Virus record (IMG/VR): IMGVR_UViG_3300015241_000005
Span: 1-55,532 of that record
Direction: 5' to 3' (one strand)
Length of the DNA: 55,532 bases
Source of the DNA: a virus
Taxonomy: Duplodnaviria > Caudoviricetes
Part shown: positions 24,758 to 32,835 of the stretch, piece after piece
Layout of the letters: each line of letters opens with the position of its first letter
Numbering within the stretch: position 1 is the first letter of the stretch
Program-made: the position numbers and the translations under genes
The notes under the pieces: generated by a model
The model's input: only the letters and a program-made list of their open reading frames with translations
The model's database searches: none
Told to the model about the DNA's origin: nothing

Positions 24758-25944
24758 TGGCTCATGCAATCTTAGCACCTTCATCATCGGAGCGCTGGTT
24801 ACATTGTACCCGGGCGCCCCGATTGGAGCAATCCGTAACGGATGAAGGCTCTGATTTTGCTTTGGAAGGAACGATAGCCCATGCGGTGGCCGAATGCATC
24901 CACAGAAGTGATAACGGTAAATTTAATCCGGCGTCCAAACAACTCCTTCAAAAAGAGTTCGGAAAGGATTTTGATCGTTTATACGAAAAGGAGATGCTCA
25001 GACATGCGGAAGAATTTGTAATTTATTGCAGGAAAAATCTTCCAGAGATAAATTATACTTTCATCGAGCAGAGACTGGATATCACGAGCCATATTCAAGA
25101 AGGTTTCGGTACTATAGATTTCGGGGCAATCTACCTACGATCTGACGACGAAGGTAAAACCTGGTATTGGGTACTGGAAACATTCGATCTGAAATACGGC
25201 AAAGGAGTTCCGGTTTCTGCCATTGAAAATACGCAGCAGATGATCTATGCTATCGGCGTTCTTAATGAATATCTTCATATTTTCCCTATTGAAAAAGTGA
25301 TCATGCATATCTACCAACCCCGGATACAAAATAATTCGGATTGGGAGATATCGACAGAAGCGCTACTAAAATGGGGGGAAGAAACGCTTAGACCCCAAGC
25401 TGCGTTGGCTTTCGCCGGTGAAGGCGAATTTGCACCCGGTGATCATTGTACCTTTTGCAAGGTTAAATACAATTGCCGGGCCTTAGCTGATTATAATATG
25501 GAATTAGCCAAATTCGCTTTTGAGATCCCAGCTTTGCTCTCCGATGAAGAAATCCTTGAAATCTATGCTAAAGAGAATTTATTTTCTAAATGGTTAAACT
25601 CCGTTAACGATTATGTACTCTCTTCGGCGATAAAAGGTAAAGAGTGGGCAGGTTATAAGTTGGTTCATGGCCGGTCTAACCGGGTTTATACCGATGTAGA
25701 TAAACTCTCTTACGAGTTATTGCGAGCCGGGTTCTCTCCGCATCTGTTATTCAAAGAGAGAGCATTAAAGGGTTTGGAAGATCTCGAAAAAAGCATCGGT
25801 ACCGAAGCATTCATAAAGCATGTTATTCCTTTTGTCAGGAAACCACCAGGTGCGCCAACGCTGGCACCGGAGTCCAGTACTAAAGCTAAATTCGTAAAAG
25901 GTGCATCCGATTTTGCGGATGATTTTGTTTACACAGAAAATTAA
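24757..25944 (+). CDS. Cas4-like PD-(D/E)xK exonuclease (DUF2800)
   Basis: HAILAPSSSERWLHC, EGTIAH, FGTIDF, DLKYGKG, CTFC...C. Confidence 0.9.
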   Translation: MAHAILAPSSSERWLHCTRAPRLEQSVTDEGSDFALEGTIAHAVAECIHRSDNGKFNPASKQLLQKEFGKDFDRLYEKEMLRHAEEFVIYCRKNLPEINYTFIEQRLDITSHIQEGFGTIDFGAIYLRSDDEGKTWYWVLETFDLKYGKGVPVSAIENTQQMIYAIGVLNEYLHIFPIEKVIMHIYQPRIQNNSDWEISTEALLKWGEETLRPQAALAFAGEGEFAPGDHCTFCKVKYNCRALADYNMELAKFAFEIPALLSDEEILEIYAKENLFSKWLNSVNDYVLSSAIKGKEWAGYKLVHGRSNRVYTDVDKLSYELLRAGFSPHLLFKERALKGLEDLEKSIGTEAFIKHVIPFVRKPPGAPTLAPESSTKAKFVKGASDFADDFVYTEN

Positions 25945-25956
25945 AAAATAAAAATT

Positions 25957-26541
25957 ATGTCAGTAAAAGTTATTACAGGGGTTGTTCGCCTCAGCTACGC
26001 TTGGCTAAACGAACCACGAGCAAATAAGAAAGGAGTGCTTAAATATGGGGCACAACTGATCATCCCGAAAGATGATACCAAAACCATTGCAGATATTGAT
26101 AAAGCAATCGAAGAAGAGTTTGCCGCCAATTTCGCTAAGCTTGGTTTTAAAACAGCAAAACTTCCGAAATCTTCTCCTTCATTTAAACTGCCTTGGCGCG
26201 ATGGCGATGAAGAACGCGACGACGATTCGGTAGCCGGTTGCATGTTTATCAACACGACCAGTGATTCCAGGCCGAGTGTTGTTAACCTAAAATTACAAGA
26301 GATCATTGATCCCCATGAAATTTATTCGGGCATGTATGCCCGGGTAAGTATCACAGTGAAAGAGTTCACCGGCGAAGCTAAAGGAATTACATGCTATCTG
26401 AACCATGTTCAAAAGGTGAAAGAAGGAGATAGGCTGGATGGCCGCGCAAGCGCCGTTTCTGACTTCAAGGATTTCGGAGGCGATGAGTGGGAAGATCCTA
26501 ATGCCCCGGATGGAGACGACGAAGATGATTACGTAATGTAA
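25957..26541 (+). CDS. ssb: Single-stranded DNA-binding protein (DUF2815, gp2.5-like)
   Basis: VRLSYA, WRDGD, IYSGMYAR, LNHVQKV, acidic C-terminal tail. Confidence 0.9.
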   Translation: MSVKVITGVVRLSYAWLNEPRANKKGVLKYGAQLIIPKDDTKTIADIDKAIEEEFAANFAKLGFKTAKLPKSSPSFKLPWRDGDEERDDDSVAGCMFINTTSDSRPSVVNLKLQEIIDPHEIYSGMYARVSITVKEFTGEAKGITCYLNHVQKVKEGDRLDGRASAVSDFKDFGGDEWEDPNAPDGDDEDDYVM

Positions 26542-26545
26542 AACA

Positions 26546-26577
26546 GAAAAAGCCTCTTTAGATTAAGAGGCTTTTTC
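26546..26577. terminator. Bidirectional intrinsic terminator
   Basis: GAAAAAGCCTCTT-N6-AAGAGGCTTTTTC between convergent genes. Confidence 0.85.
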
Positions 26578-26770
26578 ATTTAGCATAACCGATAACCGCA
26601 CCTTTCAAGTTATTCTTGCTTATATAACTCCTGCAGATAGCAGCAGAAGCATTCCAATAACATGCTTTACCGCAATGGTAAACAGCGAATCCTTTAGTCT
26701 TATCTGCCGGTCGTTGATTAACTGAATGCTGATGAAAAACATAACGATCAAGAGCTGTGTGCTTTTTCAT
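26576..26770 (-). CDS. Hypothetical protein
   Basis: 64-aa ORF ending at the terminator. Confidence 0.55.
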   Translation of the reverse strand: MKKHTALDRYVFHQHSVNQRPADKTKGFAVYHCGKACYWNASAAICRSYISKNNLKGAVIGYAK

Positions 26771-27386
26771 GGGGTGAATAATTAGGTTTCATTAAATCTT
26801 TATTCCGAATCTTATCAATAGCTGACCAGATTCTATCTAACTCCTTCTCGCCGTTCTCGTACATATCTAAGTCGTTAGCAAGACATAAAGCAGCAAGAGT
26901 GACCATTACGCCACCTACCTCCTGAAAAGGCTCTCCCGTGGGCCTATTGAACACCCAATCAACGAGCATATGCGCTTCTTCAGCGCAGAGCCCGGTAGAT
27001 TGCACCAATTCAAGACTTTCTTCAAGGAAACGAGAATTACGCGTAGCTATATTAAAAGCTACCTTATCTCCGAAAGTTTGCAATAACCAAGGTAATACCC
27101 GATTTTGAAAATTAGGTAGTACTTCAGGTATTTGAGTTACTTTGGTAATTGCCCTAATTAATAACCGAATTGAATATCGGCTTTTAATGTGTTCATCAGG
27201 TTCGCCAGCTAAATTATCCCACCACTCGGATTTATCAGGTTTGTATTGCCAAACAGGTTCTACTTTATTCCCCTTATATTTTCCAGGATTCATAAAGCAA
27301 ATAAATTTTACCAACAATAACCCTACAGGTTGCGCAAATCCATTTTCCACCACCCAATCATAACTTTGTACTTCATGCCTATTCAT
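26748..27386 (-). CDS. MazG-like all-alpha nucleotide pyrophosphohydrolase domain protein
   Basis: RFLEESLELVQ...GEPFQEVGGVMVTLAALC; extra N-terminal domain. Confidence 0.65.
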   Translation of the reverse strand: MNRHEVQSYDWVVENGFAQPVGLLLVKFICFMNPGKYKGNKVEPVWQYKPDKSEWWDNLAGEPDEHIKSRYSIRLLIRAITKVTQIPEVLPNFQNRVLPWLLQTFGDKVAFNIATRNSRFLEESLELVQSTGLCAEEAHMLVDWVFNRPTGEPFQEVGGVMVTLAALCLANDLDMYENGEKELDRIWSAIDKIRNKDLMKPNYSPHEKAHSS

Positions 27387-27664
27387 ATATGTAAACATAA
27401 AGCGGTTAAACCAACGGCCAGTAGTCCGATAATAATTTCTAACCATGTAACACCTTCATAGTCTTGTTCGATATGTTCTTTGAAGGTGTTTAAGCGCATC
27501 GCTTCTGAGTTAGCGCTGACCCGCAGATCCCATGTTGCGGGGAATCGCTGATTAGGTATTTTAGCTTGTTCAGGAAAAACGCTGGTTTCGCAATTACGGG
27601 AGCGGATCTGGCCATTAGGATATTGCACGATAATGGTTTTGTTCGGATGGATTAGAGTTTTCAT
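27383..27664 (-). CDS. Hypothetical protein with C-terminal TM helix
   Basis: WLEIIIGLLAVGLTALCLHI. Confidence 0.6.
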   Translation of the reverse strand: MKTLIHPNKTIIVQYPNGQIRSRNCETSVFPEQAKIPNQRFPATWDLRVSANSEAMRLNTFKEHIEQDYEGVTWLEIIIGLLAVGLTALCLHI

Positions 27665-27801
27665 ATTTTGCTGATTAGTTTATCAAGTAAATGATAGCAT
27701 CCTGCCAACACCTTATAAAATACATAAACTGGAAGTGCTGTCATGATGATCAGGGAACTCCAGAGAAAGCAGGATATTAGAAACCCTTTGATTATTTTCA
27801 T
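27661..27801 (-). CDS. Small membrane protein (46 aa)
   Basis: Manual translation MKIIKGFLISCFLWSSLIIMTALPVYVFY...; ATGA overlap. Confidence 0.55.
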   Translation of the reverse strand: MKIIKGFLISCFLWSSLIIMTALPVYVFYKVLAGCYHLLDKLISKI

Positions 27802-27819
27802 AATGGATTTAATTTTAAA

Positions 27820-27899
27820 CAAATATAGATGTTAATAATTAAAATGCAAATTATTTCTGTAAAAAATGTTTGAATTACGAAATATATGTATTACGTTTG
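27820..27899. promoter_or_regulatory. Divergent promoter pair
   Basis: TATATTTG on minus (27820-27827). On plus, TTTG (27869-27872), 19 nt, TACGTTTG (27892-27899). Confidence 0.75.
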
Positions 27900-27903
27900 T
27901 ATC

Positions 27904-28128
27904 ATGATATTACTTACAGAATCAGCAATTGGTTTGATCAGATCGAACAAAGCTTTGAAAAAGGAACTATTAGATGAGTTCGGTTATAGCGAACGTATCC
28001 TATATCGGGACCTGAAAAATAACAATGCCAGGTTTACACAGTATGGTGCTTTATGCATTATAGTAAAACATACAAACCTGAGATTGGTTGATATTTTATC
28101 GGCAGATCCTTTACTGAGATTATCGTGA
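27904..28128 (+). CDS. HTH-like regulator
   Basis: LLDEFGYSERILYRDLK helix-turn-helix pattern. Confidence 0.6.
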   Translation: MILLTESAIGLIRSNKALKKELLDEFGYSERILYRDLKNNNARFTQYGALCIIVKHTNLRLVDILSADPLLRLS

Positions 28129-28298
28129 AAGAAACACTTAATAAATTATGGATATTGGCTACTGCATCTTGTCGCATATTTTTATTTATATTCATGTGTA
28201 ATATTTTTTATGCTAATAAATCAAGTTTTTCAATAGCTGGAATAACAATATTATTTGGTATGGCTGCATTATCTTCAATTAAAACATATTTTAAATAA
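28125..28298 (+). CDS. Small two-TM membrane protein (57 aa)
   Basis: Manual translation from GTG (GTGA overlap); two hydrophobic segments. Confidence 0.5.
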   Translation: MKETLNKLWILATASCRIFLFIFMCNIFYANKSSFSIAGITILFGMAALSSIKTYFK

Positions 28299-28300
28299 TC

Positions 28301-28657
28301 ATGAACCAAGAAAACAAACAGCCGGAGACGATAGAACAGGCAGCAAAGAAATATTGCAAGGGGTTAATACCGTACGATCAACGACATGAAATTTTCTTAG
28401 CCGGTGCTAACTGGCAAGCCTCCCAACACAGCTATACAGAACAGAAATGGATAAGTGTGGAAGATCATTTACCTGAATTAGGGACAAAAGTAATAGTTTA
28501 CTTTGGAGAAATTGACAATCAGCTAATGGCTATTACAAAATGCAACAATGAATATAAAACCGTTTTTTGTGTTTATTATGCTGATAAATATAGCATTGAT
28601 CATTGCGAATTAATTACCCACTGGATGCCATTACCTAAATCACCAATAGCGATATGA
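28301..28657 (+). CDS. DUF551-like protein
   Basis: WISVEDHLPE...ITHWMPLP. Confidence 0.85.
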   Translation: MNQENKQPETIEQAAKKYCKGLIPYDQRHEIFLAGANWQASQHSYTEQKWISVEDHLPELGTKVIVYFGEIDNQLMAITKCNNEYKTVFCVYYADKYSIDHCELITHWMPLPKSPIAI

Positions 28658-29004
28658 AAACACCACAAGAGATATTGACAGATTATATAATCATGAAACA
28701 CATTATAAATGATGATCATATCATTCATGTACAGGCCGATTTTGCTATCGAGGCTATGGAAACATATGCCAAGCAATTTTACACCCAAGAGCAATTGCTT
28801 GCTTTCGGGGATAGCTTGACTAAAAGGTTTAATGAACTTGCCTTGCATGAAAGGTCTTGGGCTGATAATGAACGTAAAACAATATACAAAGATTCTGACG
28901 GTACACAAGAGGCATGGTTTCATGCCTATGGTTTGGGAATCACTAAAGCGCAAAAATTACTTGAACAAACATTAATTGATATTAGTAAACTTTTAAATAA
29001 ATGA
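28654..29004 (+). CDS. Hypothetical protein
   Basis: IEAMETYAKQF motif; ATGA overlap. Confidence 0.7.
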   Translation: MKTPQEILTDYIIMKHIINDDHIIHVQADFAIEAMETYAKQFYTQEQLLAFGDSLTKRFNELALHERSWADNERKTIYKDSDGTQEAWFHAYGLGITKAQKLLEQTLIDISKLLNK

Positions 29005-29081
29005 AAATACTAAAAATACTCGTAGGCTGCGAAAAAAGAACTGCAAAAGTAAGAATTGAACACTTTTATAATTAAATAATC

Positions 29082-29501
29082 ATGCCAAAATCACAAATTA
29101 TACAAATAGACGTTTTAAATGGGCCATCAACCATAGTATTACCTGATGGGAGAGAATTGATTATAACGCCCAAGCCCGAGATAGAAATAACCTTAGAAGA
29201 ACTTTACGAAGTGATAGTGAAAAACGGACTGGCTGCATTTGATGAATATGGCGATCATTTACAATTAGCTACTAAAATACTATTAAAATCATTTTTAACC
29301 GATCTTAACAAATTAGGGTATAAAATAGTAAAGCAATGGCTAAAACTATCGGATAAATATAATGCCTGCCAGAAATTACTTATCTATATCCAAGTCGGAG
29401 CTGGTATTAATCCAAAAGATAAAAAGGCATATAAAATAGCCTTAATAAATTACTATAAGGCTACAGGTCAAGAAAATAGGATTAAAAAATTACATCCATG
29501 A
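29082..29501 (+). CDS. Hypothetical protein
   Basis: 139 aa with a TAAATAATC leader. Confidence 0.6.
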   Translation: MPKSQIIQIDVLNGPSTIVLPDGRELIITPKPEIEITLEELYEVIVKNGLAAFDEYGDHLQLATKILLKSFLTDLNKLGYKIVKQWLKLSDKYNACQKLLIYIQVGAGINPKDKKAYKIALINYYKATGQENRIKKLHP

Positions 29502-29607
29502 GCCTACCAAACAAAGAACAATCAACCAAAGAGATATTAATCATAACCGGGTGCCTTTTGGCTTTCAGGGCGATTATTTTGAAATTAATAATTAAACACT
29601 GGTAAAT

Positions 29608-29799
29608 ATGAGAAAATATATCACAGAGCAAACAATAAATGGCATCCTATACCACGGAGAGCCAATAGAGGCCATTAACCATGAAGATGCATGTTCCCGA
29701 TGCCCAATTGGATGGACGATATCAGAATGGTGGATAGTGGCTGAAATTGATGAGGACACCGATAAACGAGTGGATTATGATTTATGTTCATTAAATTAA
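29608..29799 (+). CDS. Hypothetical protein
   Basis: 63-aa acidic ORF. Confidence 0.55.
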   Translation: MRKYITEQTINGILYHGEPIEAINHEDACSRCPIGWTISEWWIVAEIDEDTDKRVDYDLCSLN

Positions 29800-29855
29800 C
29801 TAACTTTATAAAGTGAATCAACCCTAAATTAATATGTTAAATAGGAATTTGAGAA

Positions 29856-29888
29856 AAAGTCCCGATACTTTGATTAGTTCGGGACTTT
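29856..29888. terminator. Terminator between convergent middle and lysis transcripts
   Basis: AAAGTCCCGA...TCGGGACTTT, with an A run on the left. Confidence 0.75.
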
Positions 29889-29911
29889 CAATTTTAATAA
29901 GCGCCGGTTAG

Positions 29912-30193
29912 CTATTTCACAGCATCTTTAATCTTATCAGCGGCATTCTCTGCCTTTAAGTTGGTTGTGGTCACAGCGGTCACCTTTGGAGGCTCTATAG
30001 CGAAATTCTTGAACATATAGGTTATACCAGAAGCGATAGCCATCTTTACCATTAGATGCCAGTTTAAATCATGATCGCCGGATGCCCAATCATATAGATA
30101 AACCAAAATCGGAGAGATAATTGCCATAAATGCAGCACGCCAAGCATCGCTAATTTGAAGCGTCCAGCGTTTAGATAATGTTACATTTGCCAT
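29912..30193 (-). CDS. Putative holin
   Basis: 93 aa, two hydrophobic segments and a charged tail. Directly after the endolysin. Confidence 0.65.
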   Translation of the reverse strand: MANVTLSKRWTLQISDAWRAAFMAIISPILVYLYDWASGDHDLNWHLMVKMAIASGITYMFKNFAIEPPKVTAVTTTNLKAENAADKIKDAVK

Positions 30194-30202
30194 TGTTTTT
30201 AA

Positions 30203-30772
30203 TTAAGTTAAACTTTGAAATATTTGTTTATAATATCCTGCTATTAATTCAGCCTTATCCAATCCATTAACAATTTTACGCGCATTAAATGGATCTGTTA
30301 AAATATCATTGAAATATTTATTTAATCCTACACCGGTAAACATGCCTCTTTTCATACCAATAACAATTATCTCAGCTGCATAATTGGGCTGTAGCGCCAT
30401 CTCAGGCCGATTCAATAGATCAATTCCTAATACTTTTGCAAAGGATTGGTAATTCTCATACCATGTTAATTGCACAAAACCGCGTCCGTAATATAATTTA
30501 TTCGGAGCAATATAAGGTATTCGTTTACCCGGTCCATCGCCCATCTTTAATTTTTTACCATAATCATGCGTTAAACCAAGCCCTATTTCAACAATAGGCT
30601 TTAAACGGGCCTCGTGGTAAGCCGTTGCGAGCACGTAGGTTACCTGGCGTTGATCCGTTACTCCGTATTGCATGCAGGCATTTAAAATAGCATGAGTGCT
30701 ATCGACCTGTATCTGGGTTAAAGATATGTTATTTATACCGCGTATGGCATCGAACAGAACTGTCTCATTCAT
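30203..30772 (-). CDS. Endolysin, glycoside hydrolase family 19
   Basis: YVLATAYHE, YYGRGFVQLTWYENY, ARKIVNG. Confidence 0.92.
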   Translation of the reverse strand: MNETVLFDAIRGINNISLTQIQVDSTHAILNACMQYGVTDQRQVTYVLATAYHEARLKPIVEIGLGLTHDYGKKLKMGDGPGKRIPYIAPNKLYYGRGFVQLTWYENYQSFAKVLGIDLLNRPEMALQPNYAAEIIVIGMKRGMFTGVGLNKYFNDILTDPFNARKIVNGLDKAELIAGYYKQIFQSLT

Positions 30773-30852
30773 GGGTTCTTATTTGAAATAGGTAAACACA
30801 TAGCTAATAAAACTCCGAAAAGTATAATTATGAATGCAATCCATATTATCAT
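30769..30852 (-). CDS. Small TM peptide (27 aa) coupled to the endolysin
   Basis: MIIWIAFIIILFGVLLAMCLPISNKNP; its stop overlaps the endolysin ATG. Confidence 0.4.
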   Translation of the reverse strand: MIIWIAFIIILFGVLLAMCLPISNKNP

Positions 30853-30883
30853 GTAATAAAGTTAGGAAATTATTATCATAAAT

Positions 30884-30917
30884 AAAAAAGCCCCGATAAA
30901 TCAAAACTTACCGGAGC
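30884..30917 (-). terminator. Intrinsic terminator upstream of the endolysin
   Basis: GCTCCGGTAAG...TTTATCGGGGC followed by TTTTTT. Confidence 0.7.
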
Positions 30918-30968
30918 CGAAAGATATAATTGAATTGAGACAATAAACACAATCAAATTTTATGCCAA

Positions 30969-31343
30969 TTATGAGCCTAAACGTCTTATATTATTAAGCC
31001 GATCATTTTCCAGTTTTAGATTAGCATTTTCAAGCTTTAAATTTTTATTTTCCAATTCCAGATTTTCAATTCGGAGCATATATTCCTTTTCTTTCAATTG
31101 AAATTTCTTTTCCAGGTTCACAATTCTCAACTCATAATCTTCAGACATTTTACGAATATCCTTTTGCAGATTTTCATTTGATCTGGCTAAATAATTACCA
31201 GCTCTTTCAATAGCTTCAATTAAAGTATTTTCAGTTTGTTGCTTTTGCTTTTTATAGCCGCCTCCAAATACAAATACTAAGCTTGTTACTATTGCGCCAC
31301 CGGCAGCGGTTAATATTGAGTTGAGCAGGCTCTGTGATTCCAT
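30969..31343 (-). CDS. TM plus coiled-coil protein (lysis-associated; holin- or spanin-like)
   Basis: N-terminal TM, long coiled coil. Start moved to ATG 31343. Confidence 0.6.
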   Translation of the reverse strand: MESQSLLNSILTAAGGAIVTSLVFVFGGGYKKQKQQTENTLIEAIERAGNYLARSNENLQKDIRKMSEDYELRIVNLEKKFQLKEKEYMLRIENLELENKNLKLENANLKLENDRLNNIRRLGS

Positions 31344-31344
31344 T

Positions 31345-31692
31345 TTATATTTTAATATATAAATATATACAATAAATCGCCAATATGCTAAATGTGATTG
31401 CATATAATATTGTGAACCATAACGTATGCTCATAAATCCATCCTTTGGGTTGAAATACACAAATTTCTGTATATACACTTCTTACAATTAACGCGCCAAT
31501 AGTATAATTAAGTAATAGATCATCTATAGAGGTTGATTTTTGTCTACTTTTGCTTACAATTATATAGGCAGCAAAACATAATAGGTCTATTCCAATTCTG
31601 AATCCGAACCATCCAGTAGTATTATATGATTGAATAAAATAAATAACAATCCCTAAATTGTATATAAAACATATTAAACTTCGAAGTTTCAT
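31345..31692 (-). CDS. Multi-TM membrane protein
   Basis: 115 aa with 3-4 hydrophobic segments. Confidence 0.6.
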   Translation of the reverse strand: MKLRSLICFIYNLGIVIYFIQSYNTTGWFGFRIGIDLLCFAAYIIVSKSRQKSTSIDDLLLNYTIGALIVRSVYTEICVFQPKGWIYEHTLWFTILYAITFSILAIYCIYLYIKI

Positions 31693-31694
31693 AA

Positions 31695-32201
31695 TTATGG
31701 AGTATGTGGTTTTGTTGGATCTCCGCCTACCGGATCACCAACTGGCGCCAGTTTATGAACAATTTGAGAATTAGCCAAAGCATTTTCAATCGGCAATATC
31801 TCTCCCTGATTATCAGCTAAAAACTTTTGAATCCAAGCGTTAAGCGTGGTTAATGTTCCGGCATATAAATTAGGATCAGAAGTTTTAAGTCCGGTTAGCC
31901 ATGCTAAAAAAGCTTGTTCAATTTCAGCCTGTGTTTTTCCATCTTCGATATTTGCAAGTTGTTGTTGAACTTTAGGGAATGCAAGTTTTAAGGCACCAAT
32001 TAGGCCCGTAGAAGATGGAATAATTAGTTCAATGATATTTTCTATGGCTTGCCCGGTTTCGCTTGCTTCAGCGGTCTTTAGTGCATTAACAAACCTATCC
32101 GCAATAGAGGCAATTTCTTTTAATGCATCATTTGATTTTGAAAAGATGCTTGCTATAGCATCCCAGATTTTCTGTAAAAAGCTTTCGTGTTCTGTTGACA
32201 T
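31695..32201 (-). CDS. Helical hypothetical protein
   Basis: 168 aa with an amphipathic N-terminus. Confidence 0.75.
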   Translation of the reverse strand: MSTEHESFLQKIWDAIASIFSKSNDALKEIASIADRFVNALKTAEASETGQAIENIIELIIPSSTGLIGALKLAFPKVQQQLANIEDGKTQAEIEQAFLAWLTGLKTSDPNLYAGTLTTLNAWIQKFLADNQGEILPIENALANSQIVHKLAPVGDPVGGDPTKPHTP

Positions 32202-32212
32202 TGTTTTTAAAT

Positions 32213-32383
32213 TTAATTATTGTTAATGATATCGTGATGTTTTTTATGGAGATTATAAAGGCTATCAGTTATCATGCCTTGTTTATTGGCCCATTCCATA
32301 TTATGCAAAGCAGTTAAAGCTTGTCTTTTTGAATAACAGGAACAGAATAAAAATAATGCTAAAATAATGATTAAATTTTTCAT
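32213..32383 (-). CDS. Small lipoprotein (56 aa)
   Basis: Manual translation MKNLIIILALFLFCSCYSKR...; lipobox-like FCSC. Confidence 0.6.
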   Translation of the reverse strand: MKNLIIILALFLFCSCYSKRQALTALHNMEWANKQGMITDSLYNLHKKHHDIINNN

Positions 32384-32826
32384 AACGATACCTCAATTCC
32401 CTTTTGCCACGAAGACGTAGCAGTGCCGCTTGATAATAATTTAACATAATATCCAGATTTTACAAAACCAGTTAATGGGGCAGCCTCTATGTGTGTCATA
32501 TTGCTTAAAGATAATGCCCCAGTTACATTATTTATTAAAATAGCCTGTGTAGTCCATGTTACATTATCTGGCGATGTTTGTAGTTCTATTGAGCCACTTT
32601 GACCAGTTGTTAAGTTAAGTATGGCTGAAATTTGAACGGAATAACTAACCATTACATCACGATACATACTTAATTGGTAAGATGTATTCAATGATTTAGT
32701 TACAATAGTTGCGGTAGGTTGCCGATATTCAAATGCACAAAGCGACCAAATAACAATCATCATAAAAATTATTAATGATTTTGAGTATTCAGATAAATTT
32801 AATATTCCATTTACTGCTTTTTTCAT
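32380..32826 (-). CDS. Beta-rich, virion-associated hypothetical protein
   Basis: S/T-rich beta domain after a hydrophobic segment. Confidence 0.65.
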   Translation of the reverse strand: MKKAVNGILNLSEYSKSLIIFMMIVIWSLCAFEYRQPTATIVTKSLNTSYQLSMYRDVMVSYSVQISAILNLTTGQSGSIELQTSPDNVTWTTQAILINNVTGALSLSNMTHIEAAPLTGFVKSGYYVKLLSSGTATSSWQKGIEVSL

Positions 32827-32835
32827 AATTTCATA

